Notes: generated from the sequence alone by a model not told the origin. Positions 12,120 through 23,705 are shown, numbered from the whole stretch's first letter. The stretch: DNA of 63,487 bases, filler included, from Octopus bimaculoides (GCF_001194135.2; 8 parts of 7 records of this genome joined end to end with filler, not necessarily neighbours in it), one strand, 5' to 3'. Numbers and translations: made by a program.

Positions 12120-12179
12120 CATACATACATACATACATTCATACTTACATTTTTAGGTGCAGGCATATATATATATACA

Positions 12180-12270
12180 CGGTAATCCCTCGACTATCGC
12201 GGGTGTTGCGTTCCAAAACCCGCCTCGATAGGTGAAAATCCGCGAAGTAGAAACGGTATTGTATTGTATA
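12180..12270 (+). mobile_element. Pogo/Tigger-like DNA transposon end
   Basis: cggtaatccctcgactatcgcggg..cgataggtgaaaatccgcgaagtag after a (TA)n run resembles pogo-type terminal inverted repeats (TIRs). The matching second TIR was not found. Confidence 0.55.
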
Positions 12271-13079
12271 TTTTTTAAAATTATTTTTATAATTTGTATA
12301 TATTTATTTTATTACGAAAGTAAAACTACACCACGAAGGAATCGACCTAAGCTTAAATAATCTTTTCTATTCTAGGCACAAGGCCCGAAACTTTTATGTG
12401 TATGCATTCATTCATGCATGGATACGCGAATATATCATCATTATCATTGTCGCTGTACCGATTACTGCGTATTTGGGTTTGCTGGTGTCATATTTCCGGC
12501 ATCCTGCATCTGATAAAGATTCCCTTCGCAAACAGCCAATTTTTCGCTGAACGAAACCACGGTTAACTTTCACTGACGGCAGACGACGGACGAAGTACTG
12601 CGAGTGAGAGGTAGGGGGGGGGGGGCATTTGAACGAAAAACTCCGGTGTATATTTAAGTGTATGCTTCCTATGTTATTTAAAATTACTGATAATTGATCG
12701 ATTGATTGGCTTCCAGCTTTTATTTATTCATTTATTTATTTATTTATTTATATATTTATATATTTATATATTTATTCGTCTATTTCTTTGTGTTCATTTA
12801 TGTTCGTTTATTTTCATTTATTTGTTGTTTTTTTATATCTTTTTTTTCTTCCCAGATATAAGACGATATGAGAAAATCTAAAGCAAAAAATCGATGAAGA
12901 AAATAAAGAAAATAACAACAAAAACAAGAACAACAAGCGGAAGAAGAGGGGGAAGAAGCGGGGGAGGCAGAAGAGGAAGATAAAGAACATGGAAATCAAG
13001 AGAGCCAGGCTGAAGAGCTGATTCTTGAAGTCGATATCGTCGTATATGTTAGCAACATGCGGCCAATCATGGGGCCAGC

Positions 13080-13630
13080 ATGTGGCTAACACGTGAGCAG
13101 CACGTGACCAATATATAGCCAGCATGTAAACCAATATGTGTTTAAAATGTGGCCTTTGTGCGACCAGTGTATGATTAGCATCTGACCATCACGTGACTAT
13201 CGTGTAACTACCGTGTGACCGACATATGACAACGACTTGACCAATAGCTGGTCATCACGTGACTAAACAGCATCTGGCCAACGCGTTATTGACAGTTGAC
13301 CAGTGTGTGACTATCATCTGCGTAGTATCTGGTCATCACGTGACCAGCACCTGACCAACGCGTTATCAGCAGCTGACCAGAGAGCGACCAACAACAACTT
13401 AGCAGTATCCGATCATCATGTGACCGATGTCTGACCAATGCGCTACCGACAACTGACCAAAGAGTGACCAAGATCTGAGCAGTATCTGATCATCACGTGA
13501 CCAACACCCGACCAGCACATTATCGACAGCTGACCAACATGCGTGGGTGTGGAGTGTGTGATCAGTTTCTAATTAGCATTTGGTCGCTGGGTGACTAGCG
13601 AGTGACCAACACGTGACCAGCATGTGACCA
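13080..13630. repeat. Degenerate ~80-bp tandem array rich in CACGTG E-boxes and TGACCA
   Basis: CACGTG at 13090, 13101, 13190, 13256, 13337, 13494 and 13610; CATGTG at 13417 and 13621. Core spacing is 81, 80 and 77 bp. Unit consensus is approximately gtatctg(g/a)tcatcacgtgacca..ctgaccaacgcgttatcgacagctgacca. Confidence 0.85.
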
Positions 13631-14241
13631 ACGCTAAAAACGGCGGGTAAGCAGCATGTGTCAGTTAGACTGCGATGTGAATACAATTAGCAAAGACAAG
13701 AAAATAGACACCTCTCGACTACCTCCACCCTGAAAATATAAACACCACCACCACCGCCACCTCCACCACCCTTCGCTTTTCTACTCCTGAAGAAATGAGG
13801 AAAAACAAACAAACAAACAAACAAGCAAACAGGAACTTGAAACAATTTAAGACCGAATTTAAACCAAGCTAAATAGAAGAAAAAAAAAACAACAAAAAAA
13901 CTACAAGCAAATAAATAAACCCAACAACNNNNNNNNNNNNNNNNNNNNNNNNNNNNNNNNNNNNNNNNNNNNNNNNNNNNNNNNNNNNNNNNNNNNNNNN
14001 NNNNNNNNNNNNNNNNNNNNNNNNNNNNNNNNNNNNNNNNNNNNNNNNNNNNNNNNNNNNNNNNNNNNNNNNNNNNNNNNNNNNNNNNNNNNNNNNNNNN
14101 NNNNNNNNNNNNAAAACTGAAACATCCATCTCAAAATACGCCATCGTCACGGTACAGGCCTCACCATCATAGACATCGGCGCCACCACCATAATCACTGC
14201 CATAGATACTAGCTGCAGCAGCATCAGTAAATACCACCGCC

Positions 14242-14281
<40 letters not shown>

Positions 14282-15836
14282 TATCAGTTCTGATATAACT
14301 TCTACGCCACCAAGCCACTACGACCACCACCTCTTAGCACTTTGTTATCATAGACGGCACACAGCCGTCCACCATTATCACTACCAACATAAACATCGTC
14401 GCCGTAGATACCATCATCATCAACGTCATTACAAAGTACCATCAGCTTTCAAACGGAAAAAAAGAAAACCAAAGCACCAGCCGTGGAACCTTACTACATC
14501 GCCACTGTCTCATCAGGCCTCATCTCCGCAGACTGCACTACCATTCCATCACAGTCGCTTTCACCAAGAACATTGCCATTGTAGATACCATCACCGTCAG
14601 TGCGAAACACTACTGGCTCAAACAAAACAAAACAAAACAAAAGCAACAAAACACGGCCCTGCTGCTGTAAACCCCTACACTACACCACAGAAGCGCCGCT
14701 GTGCTACGGGCTACACCAGCGCCACATACATATTAATGTGCATCAACACCACTGCTACAGATATCATAATCATAACAGCCACAGCAAAATTAAATGCATA
14801 AATAAATAAATAGTTATTGATAAATAAACAAAATAATTTTTTTAAAATGCATTTAAGTTCTACGAACACTAGAAAGAAAAACAAAATCTGTTCTGAATGA
14901 ATCGCAGCTTTAAACAGAAAATAAAAAAGCTATCAACAATAATAACAACAAAATATAGCAACCATTAACACTGTAACCACCACCACCACCACCAACAACA
15001 CCACCACCACCAACAGCAGCAGCAACAACAACAACAGCAACATCGCTTCTTCTTCTTTTTCTTCACTATAGATTTAGTTTCGTTGTAAGTTATTTCATCA
15101 TGGCAGCAGCTTGGCAGGCGCCATGATAGAATTTAGGACCCAAAGCGAATGCAACACTCGACGGGCAAAAAAAAACAAAAAAACAAACTGTTTTAGTTTG
15201 TAAATGTTAGAATAAAGAAGACTCAGGAATACACACAACACGCGTACACACCCACATACACACGCACGCATATAACACAGATACATACACATATTAGCAC
15301 ACCCACATACGTACAAAATACGCGCATATCCATAAAAACACACACACAAACATACGCACGTACAAAATCGCTCATATACATACAACCACACACACACCCA
15401 CACACATACAAACACACAGAAACATACTCATATATCATAGGGAATATTTTCTGTGTTTAAGGAAAATGGCATTGCATGTTTAAATTTCTAGAGATTTAAT
15501 TCATATTCTTTCATAAAATTCCTGATAAGCATTATAATAACAGCGGTGTTAATTATTGTTGTTATTATTATTATTGTTATTATTATTACACTGTTTTGCA
15601 TACTTTACACATTCATACATACCTTTACTTGGCTGAATGCAACGGTTTGCCTTGGCACTTGATAATATTGACTTATAAACTCAGAGAAATTTCATACGTT
15701 TCTTAAAGGAACTTTAAAAAAATACAAATCAAAATCACAACATACGCATACACACACATATACAGTTGCATGTGCACGCTCATACTTCTACCTACGTAGA
15801 GGTCTTTTATCTTATGGGCAGTTTATCACAACAGAT

Positions 15837-16472
15837 ATGGCTGCTAGTCATTTTACTCTTGATTCGGAACTACAGAAAGTGAAGCTGGCCATTCTGGGTG
15901 CTCCGGGCGTGGGTAAAACTTCGATAATCCAACAGTTTGTTTGCAGTCATTTCACGGAGGATTACGAACCAACAGAATCCAAGCAAGTCTACATACCGTC
16001 CGTCATTATCAACGATCATTTGTACGAACTGAAAATCATTGATTCTCCTTATATTCCGTACTTTCCAGTAAATTCTCTGTATGAATGGACAGATTTTCGC
16101 GGCTACGAGTTGCGCAGCGCCACAGCATACGTTCTAGTTTACGACATCACGTCGGAGGAAAGTTTTCAGTACATTAAATCGCTTCGGGAACAAATAATCG
16201 AGAGCAGGGACATGCAGGATGTTCCCATCTTCGTGGTTGGTAACAAGCACGACCAAGCCGAAGAGAGAGGCATGTCGAGGCGGGAAGTGGCAAATGTCGT
16301 TAAAAAACAGTGGAAGTGCGGCTACGTGGAGTGTTCAGCCAAATACAATTGGCACATTGTGCTCTTGTTTAAAGAGTTAATGAAAACAATTGACTATATA
16401 GATTACGGACATAAACCCACGGCGATTCGGGTACAGGACGCATTGCGGCGCAATAGGTGTGTCATCTTATGA
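15837..16472 (+). CDS. RASL10: Ras-like family member 10 (RASL10-like) small GTPase, 211 aa, uninterrupted CDS
   Basis: G1 GAPGVGKT, G4 NKHD, G5 SAK. RASL10 hallmarks PYFPVNSLYEW, WKCGYVECSAKYNWHIVLLFKEL and C-terminal ALRRNRCVIL (CAAX). Possible acceptor AG at 15833-15834 just before the ATG. Confidence 0.95.
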   Translation: MAASHFTLDSELQKVKLAILGAPGVGKTSIIQQFVCSHFTEDYEPTESKQVYIPSVIINDHLYELKIIDSPYIPYFPVNSLYEWTDFRGYELRSATAYVLVYDITSEESFQYIKSLREQIIESRDMQDVPIFVVGNKHDQAEERGMSRREVANVVKKQWKCGYVECSAKYNWHIVLLFKELMKTIDYIDYGHKPTAIRVQDALRRNRCVIL

Positions 16473-17177
16473 CACACTTTTTTTTATACTGGTTAAATTA
16501 TTTAATAATAATGTTTGATTAAAAAGTATAAAAAAACCCCCAAAAAACCAAATGTTGAAAATTTTGTTACATATGTTTATATAAAGACACAAAATTTAAT
16601 ATGTATGTACATATATATACATGCATGAGTATGAAAAAAAAAAGATATACAATAACAAATATATATATACATATATATATGTGTATATATATATACACAC
16701 ATAAAGCTATGGTTATATCAATATATATATATATATATAAGNNNNNNNNNNNNNNNNNNNNNNNNNNNNNNNNNNNNNNNNNNNNNNNNNNNNNNNNNNN
16801 NNNNNNNNNNNNNNNNNNNNNNNNNNNNNNNNNNNNNNNNTGTGTGTGTGTGTGTGTGTGTGTGTGTATGCATATATATATCTAAAAATGTATGTATATA
16901 TGTATGTATACGTTCATCCCATTCCATCTTCCTTCCACTATCATACATGGCATCTTTGTCCATTTTCATTTATTTATTTCTATACTTTCACACACATCCA
17001 CATCTACATTTACGCCTACACATGTAAATGTCTCTTAATGTATGTATGCATGTATGTGTGTATGTATGTATGTATGTAAGTATGTATGTATGTATGTATG
17101 TATGTGTGTAGTATGTGTGTGTATGTACGACTATTTGCGTATGCATATATGAATAAAAGTATCTAATTATCTGTCTG

Positions 17178-17260
<83 letters not shown>

Positions 17261-18093
17261 CTCCCTTTCTCTCTGTCTCTCTGCATATATATATATATAT
17301 ATATATATACGTGCATGTGTATACATATACGTATGTATGTCGTTATGTGTGTGTGTGTGTGTGTTTTCTTTCCAAGCTGTACATCATATTTATTTGCAGG
17401 ACCATTTCATAAGAAAGCAAACACAGAAACGAACAAAATGTATAAAAACAATCAATAAATAAATTAAAGAAACCAAATAAAATTATAGAATAAAAGCAAA
17501 GCAAATATATTTCTTGGCTTCCGTCTGAAGAAAATGAAAGAAGAATTCAAAATTTAAAAATAACCATGATGGCTGCTAACCCAGCATCGATAACATCGTT
17601 TCTAAAAGCCAGCAGTCGTCCCAGAATGGCCAGTATTTCTCTCTGTGGTGGCCACCACACAATCAGGAACGCCATCATCGCCCCGCTCCGCCACAGAGGT
17701 CACTCATGACTGGCTAGCATTGCTAAATTCACGGTAAGCATTCTCATTATCCATGTTCCGCCACAATCACGACCCGTTCTAGCAATGAGAAGGTTGTCTC
17801 AAATGGCAGACGATCGACAATCTAGCTTATGGCAAGTATCTTTAACGGTTTAAATGCTTCTAAAATTTTGGAAGAAAAGGTGGAAAAGAGACGTTAATAA
17901 GTGACTGAAGAGTCGAGATGATTTCATTTGCTATTCTATCTCATTAAAGACATTCACCCAACTTTGTTAAGTTCTCGACCAATAAATTATAAATTCCTAT
18001 TTGTGTCTCTTATTTATTTTTGTTCTTAATTCGATGACTGATGTTGTTGTCTTTATTTCTCTCTCCCCACACACCCTCTCCCATTTTCTCCCA

Positions 18094-18141
<48 letters not shown>

Positions 18142-19114
18142 CGCTCGCTCGGTCATTCTTTCTCATTATTTCTCACGTAAATATGTATAAAGGTGTGTAT
18201 GTATGTATTACGCCATTGTCTGGCTTCCAAATTAGTTCGTACACACACACACATATATATACATATGTGTATGTGTGTGTACATATGTATGAATTCACGT
18301 ACATATTAATATATATGTGTGTGTGTGTGTATATTAAGAAATCTATCTACACATACTCGCACACACACACAGACACAGACACAGACACACACACACATAC
18401 ATTTACATATGAAATATATTAAGCGTGTCGATAATAACTGGAATGTTTCCGCTGACGATATTTTATTTTTGAATTTCGAAAGCGTGAGGGCTTATATTTG
18501 ATTCATTTTTATCTGTTTTATTTAATTTTAGTTTTATTTAATTATTTAGTTTAATTATTTTGTTTCAGTTTTACACGGAAACGAAGAAATATATTTGAAC
18601 AAATTGCGTAAAGTGAAGGAAAGAAATGAGGAAGTATTGAAGAGTGGAAAGAAAGAAGAGATAGACGCGGAGGGGTAGAGACAGAGAAAGGGGATGAGAA
18701 GGTGGAGAAGGAGGAGGGAAGGGGGGGATAAGAGGAGAAGGAGGAGGAGAAAAAAACAGGTAAAAATCTGATGAAAGGTTAAAGGAAGGCGGAAAAGCAA
18801 TTTTAAAATTATAATGGCCACTGTTGGCGAAAAAATGTGTCCTACAAGTTCTGTCTAACAGAGGCACACTAGGTCAGAAATATAGGGGACAAAAAGGGAC
18901 CATACGCAGGTGTGACAGTGTTAAGACGTTTGTTTCCCAATCACATGATCTCCGGTTCAATCCCAATGCTTAGTATGGCAACTTAGCATTTTACCTGAGG
19001 TGCTAACAGTACTGTCAGTTTGTCGCCTTAATAATAATAATAATAATAGTAGTAGTAGTAGTAGTAGTAGTAATAATAATAATAATAATAAAAAAAAATA
19101 ATAATGATTGATAA

Positions 19115-19305
19115 TAGCTTCAAATTTTGGCTCAGGGACAGCTATTTCGGGGGAAAGGGGTTAAGTCGATTACATCGACCCTAGTACTCAACTGGTACTT
19201 ATTTTTTCGACTCCGAGAGGATGAAAGGCAAAGTGGATCTCAGCGGAATTTGAACTCAGAACGTAAAGACGGACGAAACGCCACTAAGCATTTTGTCAGG
19301 CGTGC
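19115..19305 (+). mobile_element. Dispersed short repeat, family C (SINE-like)
   Basis: gattacatcgacc..aactggtacttattt..gaggatgaaaggcaaagt..gaatttgaactcagaacgtaaag. Relatives at 50190, 56468 and 60160. Confidence 0.75.
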
Positions 19306-19552
19306 TTGTGTGTATACCCTCACAAACATACACATGCATATATACAAATGTATGTATGTCTGTAATGACGTATGTAGAATGTGCGTCTAATTTAGAAGAA
19401 ATTTAGAAGCGCAGTCTGTCGCCTTTCCAAATGTAATTAGAGGGGTTTTAATTACCGTTTCTAGCAGTTTGGCCGACCACATACCGGTTTGTCAAGTCAG
19501 CTGATTAGTATTTAGTGTTTTCAAGTGCGCAGATTCCATGCATGCATATCCG

Positions 19553-19707
19553 TACGCATGCGCATATCACAATGGTTATTAACTACTATAACTGTACACG
19601 ATAGATATTGCCGCGTATTCATTGCTGTCCCCATTCGCCGTAAGAAACAACTGTTGCCTAGCAACAAACGGGGTTAGCCATTTCATTACGCGCGTCAATT
19701 AGTGAGC
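19553..19707 (+). promoter_or_regulatory. Candidate promoter module: NRF1-like site plus RFX X-box
   Basis: TACGCATGCGCA at 19553-19564; GTTGCCTAGCAAC at 19653-19665; CpG-rich unique sequence; donor-like GTGAGC at 19702. Confidence 0.4.
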
Positions 19708-19773
19708 ATTTGTCTTTCTGTGCGTGTGTCCCTATGTGTGTGTATGTATGTGTGTGTGTGTGTGTCTGTGTCT

Positions 19774-19833
<60 letters not shown>

Positions 19834-20061
19834 NNNNNNNNNNNNNNNNNNNNNNNNNNNNNNNNNNNNNNNNNNNNNNNNNNNNNNNNNNNNNNNNNNN
19901 NNNNNNNNNNNNNNNNNNNNNNNNNNNNNNNNNNNNNNNNNNNNNNNNNNNNNNNNNNNNNNNNNNNNNNNNNNNNNNNNNNNNNNNCAGCAGACGCAGT
20001 ATTTAATCCCGAAAGCGATATCACAAGTTTTTTTTTTCCGATACTACAATTTATTTTCAGA

Positions 20062-20219
20062 CGTGGCTGTGTGATAAAAAAGCTTATTTCCGAACCACAT
20101 GGTTCCGATTTCAGTCCCATTGAGCGGTACGCGGCACCTTGGGCAAGTGTCTTCTACTACAGCCTAAGGCCGACCAAAGCTTTGTGAGTGGATGACAGAC
20201 GGAAACTGAAAAAAGCCCT

Positions 20220-20222
<3 letters not shown>
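20062..20222 (+). mobile_element. tRNA-derived SINE, family A
   Basis: A-box-like tggctgtgtg, degraded B box, body ggcaccttgggcaagtgtcttctacta..gacggaaactgaaa, (TA)n tail. Confidence 0.85.
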
Positions 20223-20230
<8 letters not shown>

Positions 20231-20254
<24 letters not shown>

Positions 20255-20555
20255 TCATTAAGAATGGAATGTCCGATTTTCTTAGGCACAAAGTTTGACA
20301 ATCGTTAACTCAAAAGTTTTATCATGACAATTCTTTGTTTTACAACATTGAAGAGTTACATCATCACTTTTCGAAATGCAATTCACGGTGTTTAATTATA
20401 TTGTGAGTTTTCTCTTGTAAATCAATTTTTGTGATTCCATGGATAGATCAAAGATTCGTGTTGTTTATGAATGTGAGTTCCTTCGAGGAGCCAGTGCATC
20501 CTAGACGGCTCGAAACATCAATGAGGTGTTTGGTGAAGATGTGGCGAATGAGCAC
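20231..20555 (+). mobile_element. Mariner transposon 5' fragment
   Basis: From the ATG at 20439: MDRSKIRVVYECEFLRGASAS*TARNINEVFGEDVANEHT, matching a mariner transposase N-terminal HTH. Confidence 0.8.
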
Positions 20556-20569
20556 ACTTTAATGCTTCA

Positions 20570-20765
20570 TTTGTTTCGTTCGTTAGACAGCGGCCATGCT
20601 GGTGCACCGCCTTGAAGAATTTTTAATCGAATGAATCGCTTCCAATACCCTTTCAGTTTTTCTTTTCTCTTGTTTTTAAAGACTCGTACTTGCTATATCT
20701 GTCTATTTTGCCGAACTGCTAAGTTGCGGGGACGTATACACACCAACACCGGTTGCCAAGTAGTA
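20570..20765 (-). mobile_element. SINE 3' module, family B
   Basis: Reverse complement of acgtccccgtaact..gcggttcggcaaaa..gcaccagcatggccgc, as at 29115, 39022 and 61705. Confidence 0.7.
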
Positions 20766-21141
20766 ACGGGTAACAAATACATGTAATCAACTAGCCGCTA
20801 CCCATCAAATGTTATACCTTGCTGCACCTGTAGTAAAAAGGATTATTATTGTTGTTGCTGTCGTTGTTAGCGCCCCTATTCAACCATCTTTCACCAAGTA
20901 GTACTATCATCAAAAATCATTTCGCCAAGGCTATCCCATCACTTCTTCTTCAGACATAGTATATCGAAGATTACATTATCCAATGTGCTCTTTCTCTTAA
21001 AATAAAAGAAATAGTCGGGTTTTGACATGACGATTTGGCTATACTTCTTAGCAGATCGAGCGACTGACAAGAAGCATTCGTGTTGGCTACTTTTAGCTTG
21101 ATATCTAGAAATGTTTGCTAAACGTCGATGTTCACTTCATG

Positions 21142-21343
21142 ACCGGAAGTCTGCTGTAACACACAATGTTTTCTCATGGAGATTCTGTAACCGGAAGGCA
21201 ACGGGAGGCTGTATTATATTTGCCTGTTATACGGTAACGAACTATCTAGACATCCTGTAATCGAAACCAATATCGATATTTAATCTCTAGGCCGGAAATC
21301 AATGCTGATGTTATACTGACTTGTACTATCGAGAACCGGAAGT
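21142..21343 (+). promoter_or_regulatory. Cluster of four ETS-type CCGGAA motifs
   Basis: ACCGGAAGT at 21142 and 21335, ACCGGAAGG at 21190, GCCGGAAAT at 21291, all on the same strand in unique sequence. Confidence 0.45.
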
Positions 21344-21549
21344 CATTGCAAATTGTAATTTTAATTTGCTACGGAACCAGAGTTTTCTGTCTGACAGAAT
21401 TTAAGTAGTAAGAAATGTCTAAAATATGATCTGGACACGATATTCAAAGTATTCAACATAATACAGTGATATTTGTACATATATAAATATATTGAGTATG
21501 CATGCGTGTATACATACATGCACCTACATATCTATACACACACTTGCAC

Positions 21550-21750
21550 ATCGCAATGATAGATCGCTGACCACTACACTTATATTTTTTTCTCCTTGTT
21601 TCTCTCCTTGTTTCTTTCTGTGTTCCTTTCAATTGAAGAGCGTAGGCTCGAAACGTCAAAGACTTTCTCTATTCACGAGCGTTAAACTAATACATCCATT
21701 TGTTGCTTACGCCACCTGTCTTCGTCTGTTGTTTTTTCGTAAATTCTCCC
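21550..21750 (+). mobile_element. Penelope-like terminal repeat with degenerate hammerhead (21626-21661)
   Basis: cttt-caattga-a-GAGC(gtag)GCTC-GAAAC-GTC-aaag. Stems and GUC triplet are intact, the CUGA box is mutated. Same family as 58285-58545. Confidence 0.6.
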
Positions 21751-22130
21751 ATATATATATATATATATATATNNNNNNNNNNNNNNNNNNNNNNNNNNNN
21801 NNNNNNNNNNNNNNNNNNNNNNNNNNNNNNNNNNNNNNNNNNNNNNNNNNNNNNNNNNNNNNNNNNNNNNNNNNNNNNNNNNNNNNNNNNNNNNNNNNNN
21901 NNNNNNNNNNNNNNNNNNNNNNNNNNNNNNNNNNNNNNNNNNNNNNNNNNNNNNNNNNNNNNNNNNNNNNNNNNNNNNNNNNNNNNNNNNNNNNNNNNNN
22001 NNNNNNNNNNNNNNNNNNNNNNNNNNNNNNNNNNNNNNNNNNNNNNNGTCACTTAATGACGTGTGTCATTCATGTCCTAATAATAATAATAATAATTATC
22101 ACTTTGATGGCATGAACTGCTCTCTTACTC

Positions 22131-22192
<62 letters not shown>

Positions 22193-22206
22193 TGATGATG
22201 ATGATG

Positions 22207-22262
<56 letters not shown>

Positions 22263-22857
22263 GATGATGATGATAATAATAATAATAATAATAATATAGA
22301 AAGAAAACAAGCACACGCACGCACGCACGCATGCGCGCACACGTACACGGACGCACGCACACACACACATACACATACACATTACTTGATTCTCTGTTTG
22401 AAGAATTTCTAATAAGAAATGTTTTATATGTTTTCTACTACATGGTACAATATTGTAACTCCTATCAGTTAATGAAACGTGTGTAATGGTGTATAAATAA
22501 GACTAAAAAATGTCCCAATCTCTTATATATATATATAACGGTGCGATTTAGAACATATATATTACTATAGCCAACAGCTGATATTTCGGCACCACAAACG
22601 CCCGTAAAAACATCAAATAAACCACACATATAAAAAAAAAGGCGGATAAGCATTTAAAATAAATTATATTAGATAAAGTTCTATCGTTTAGCTATGGCGT
22701 CTGTTTGTTCGTGACATGAAAATGTTCAAACAGGCTTTTTATTATTTAAAGCATTTCGCCAAATGACGAATGTGCGTGAAGTCAGCAGCTGTAAATAAGA
22801 GCTGCTTCTACTCTCTCTCCCTTTTATATCTCTCTTTTGTTTTATCTCTCTCTTTTG

Positions 22858-22894
<37 letters not shown>

Positions 22895-23040
22895 ACTGAC
22901 ACATACACATATACATGCAAAGTCACTCTCACATACACATATACACACGCACTCACATCGACGCATTTAAACGTTGCTGAGGAGCAGCTGTTCCGGTTTC
23001 CGTTCCTTCTCTGTGTAAATAGAGATCAGTCTCTCCATCC

Positions 23041-23089
<49 letters not shown>

Positions 23090-23260
23090 AATACATACAC
23101 GCACACACACGCACCTACACCGGTTGTCAAGCAGTGATGCGACAAACACACATAAAGACACGCACACATTGATACATACATACGTATATATATATATATA
23201 TATAATAATATTATTAGGGACAAAATCCAAAATTACAGGTAAAAAACTCAATTAAAATCA

Positions 23261-23300
<40 letters not shown>

Positions 23301-23301
23301 A

Positions 23302-23459
23302 CCATATTTTAACGTGTATCATCGTGTATAAGGAAATCTGTAATTTTCGGGGGCTTAATTTTGTAAGGGATTATAATACTATCCATTTATAAGAAACTCC
23401 CATATTTTTTTAACCTAATTTTTGACAAAAAAGGGTTCCTTATACACGTTAATATACAG
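23302..23459. mobile_element. 158-bp MITE (Tc1/mariner-pogo type)
   Basis: TA flanks at 23300-23301 and 23460-23461. TIRs CCATATTTTAACGTGTAT and (reverse complement) CTGTATATTAACGTGTAT match at 15 of 18 positions. Confidence 0.75.
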
Positions 23460-23482
23460 TATACACACACACACATATATAT

Positions 23483-23575
23483 GACGGGTTTCTTTAAGTT
23501 TCCGTCTACCAAATCCACTTACAAGGCTTTCGTGGGCTCAAGACTATAGTGAAAAGAACTTGCTCAAGGTGTCAC
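23483..23575 (-). mobile_element. SINE family A fragment
   Basis: Reverse complement of the family A body (tttccgtctaccaaatccac..acaaggcttt..ctatag..ttgctcaaggtgtcac). Confidence 0.75.
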
Positions 23576-23705
23576 CGAAACAAGTGAAAGATATACACAG
23601 CGGTAGTGGAGGTGGATGCGCTGTATGNNNNNNNNNNNNNNNNNNNNNNNNNNNNNNNNNNNNNNNNNNNNNNNNNNNNNNNNNNNNNNNNNNNNNNNNN
23701 NNNNN

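Larger units (their letters stand above)
11399..12165 (+). repeat. Local direct repeat (~11399-11580 and ~12004-12165) flanking a Penelope-like fragment
   Basis: Both copies read tttaaatatttccactaatgg(g)aatgattgataacgtcgaaaggtttcgaagttcgataaatc..(TACA)n..cattcatacttacatttttaggtgcaggcata. Confidence 0.9.

Noticed and set aside
13080-13630. CRISPR-like or coding interpretation of the 80-bp array
   Set aside because: The DNA is eukaryotic, the 'spacers' are homologous to each other, there are no cas genes, and unit lengths break the reading frame.
17560-17830. GC-rich island with a ~50-aa ORF (MMAANPASIT..) and an 8-bp inverted repeat ttctcatt/aatgagaa
   Set aside because: The ORF is short and unrecognised and the hairpin is too weak for a pre-miRNA. 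It may simply be RASL10 3' UTR or flank.
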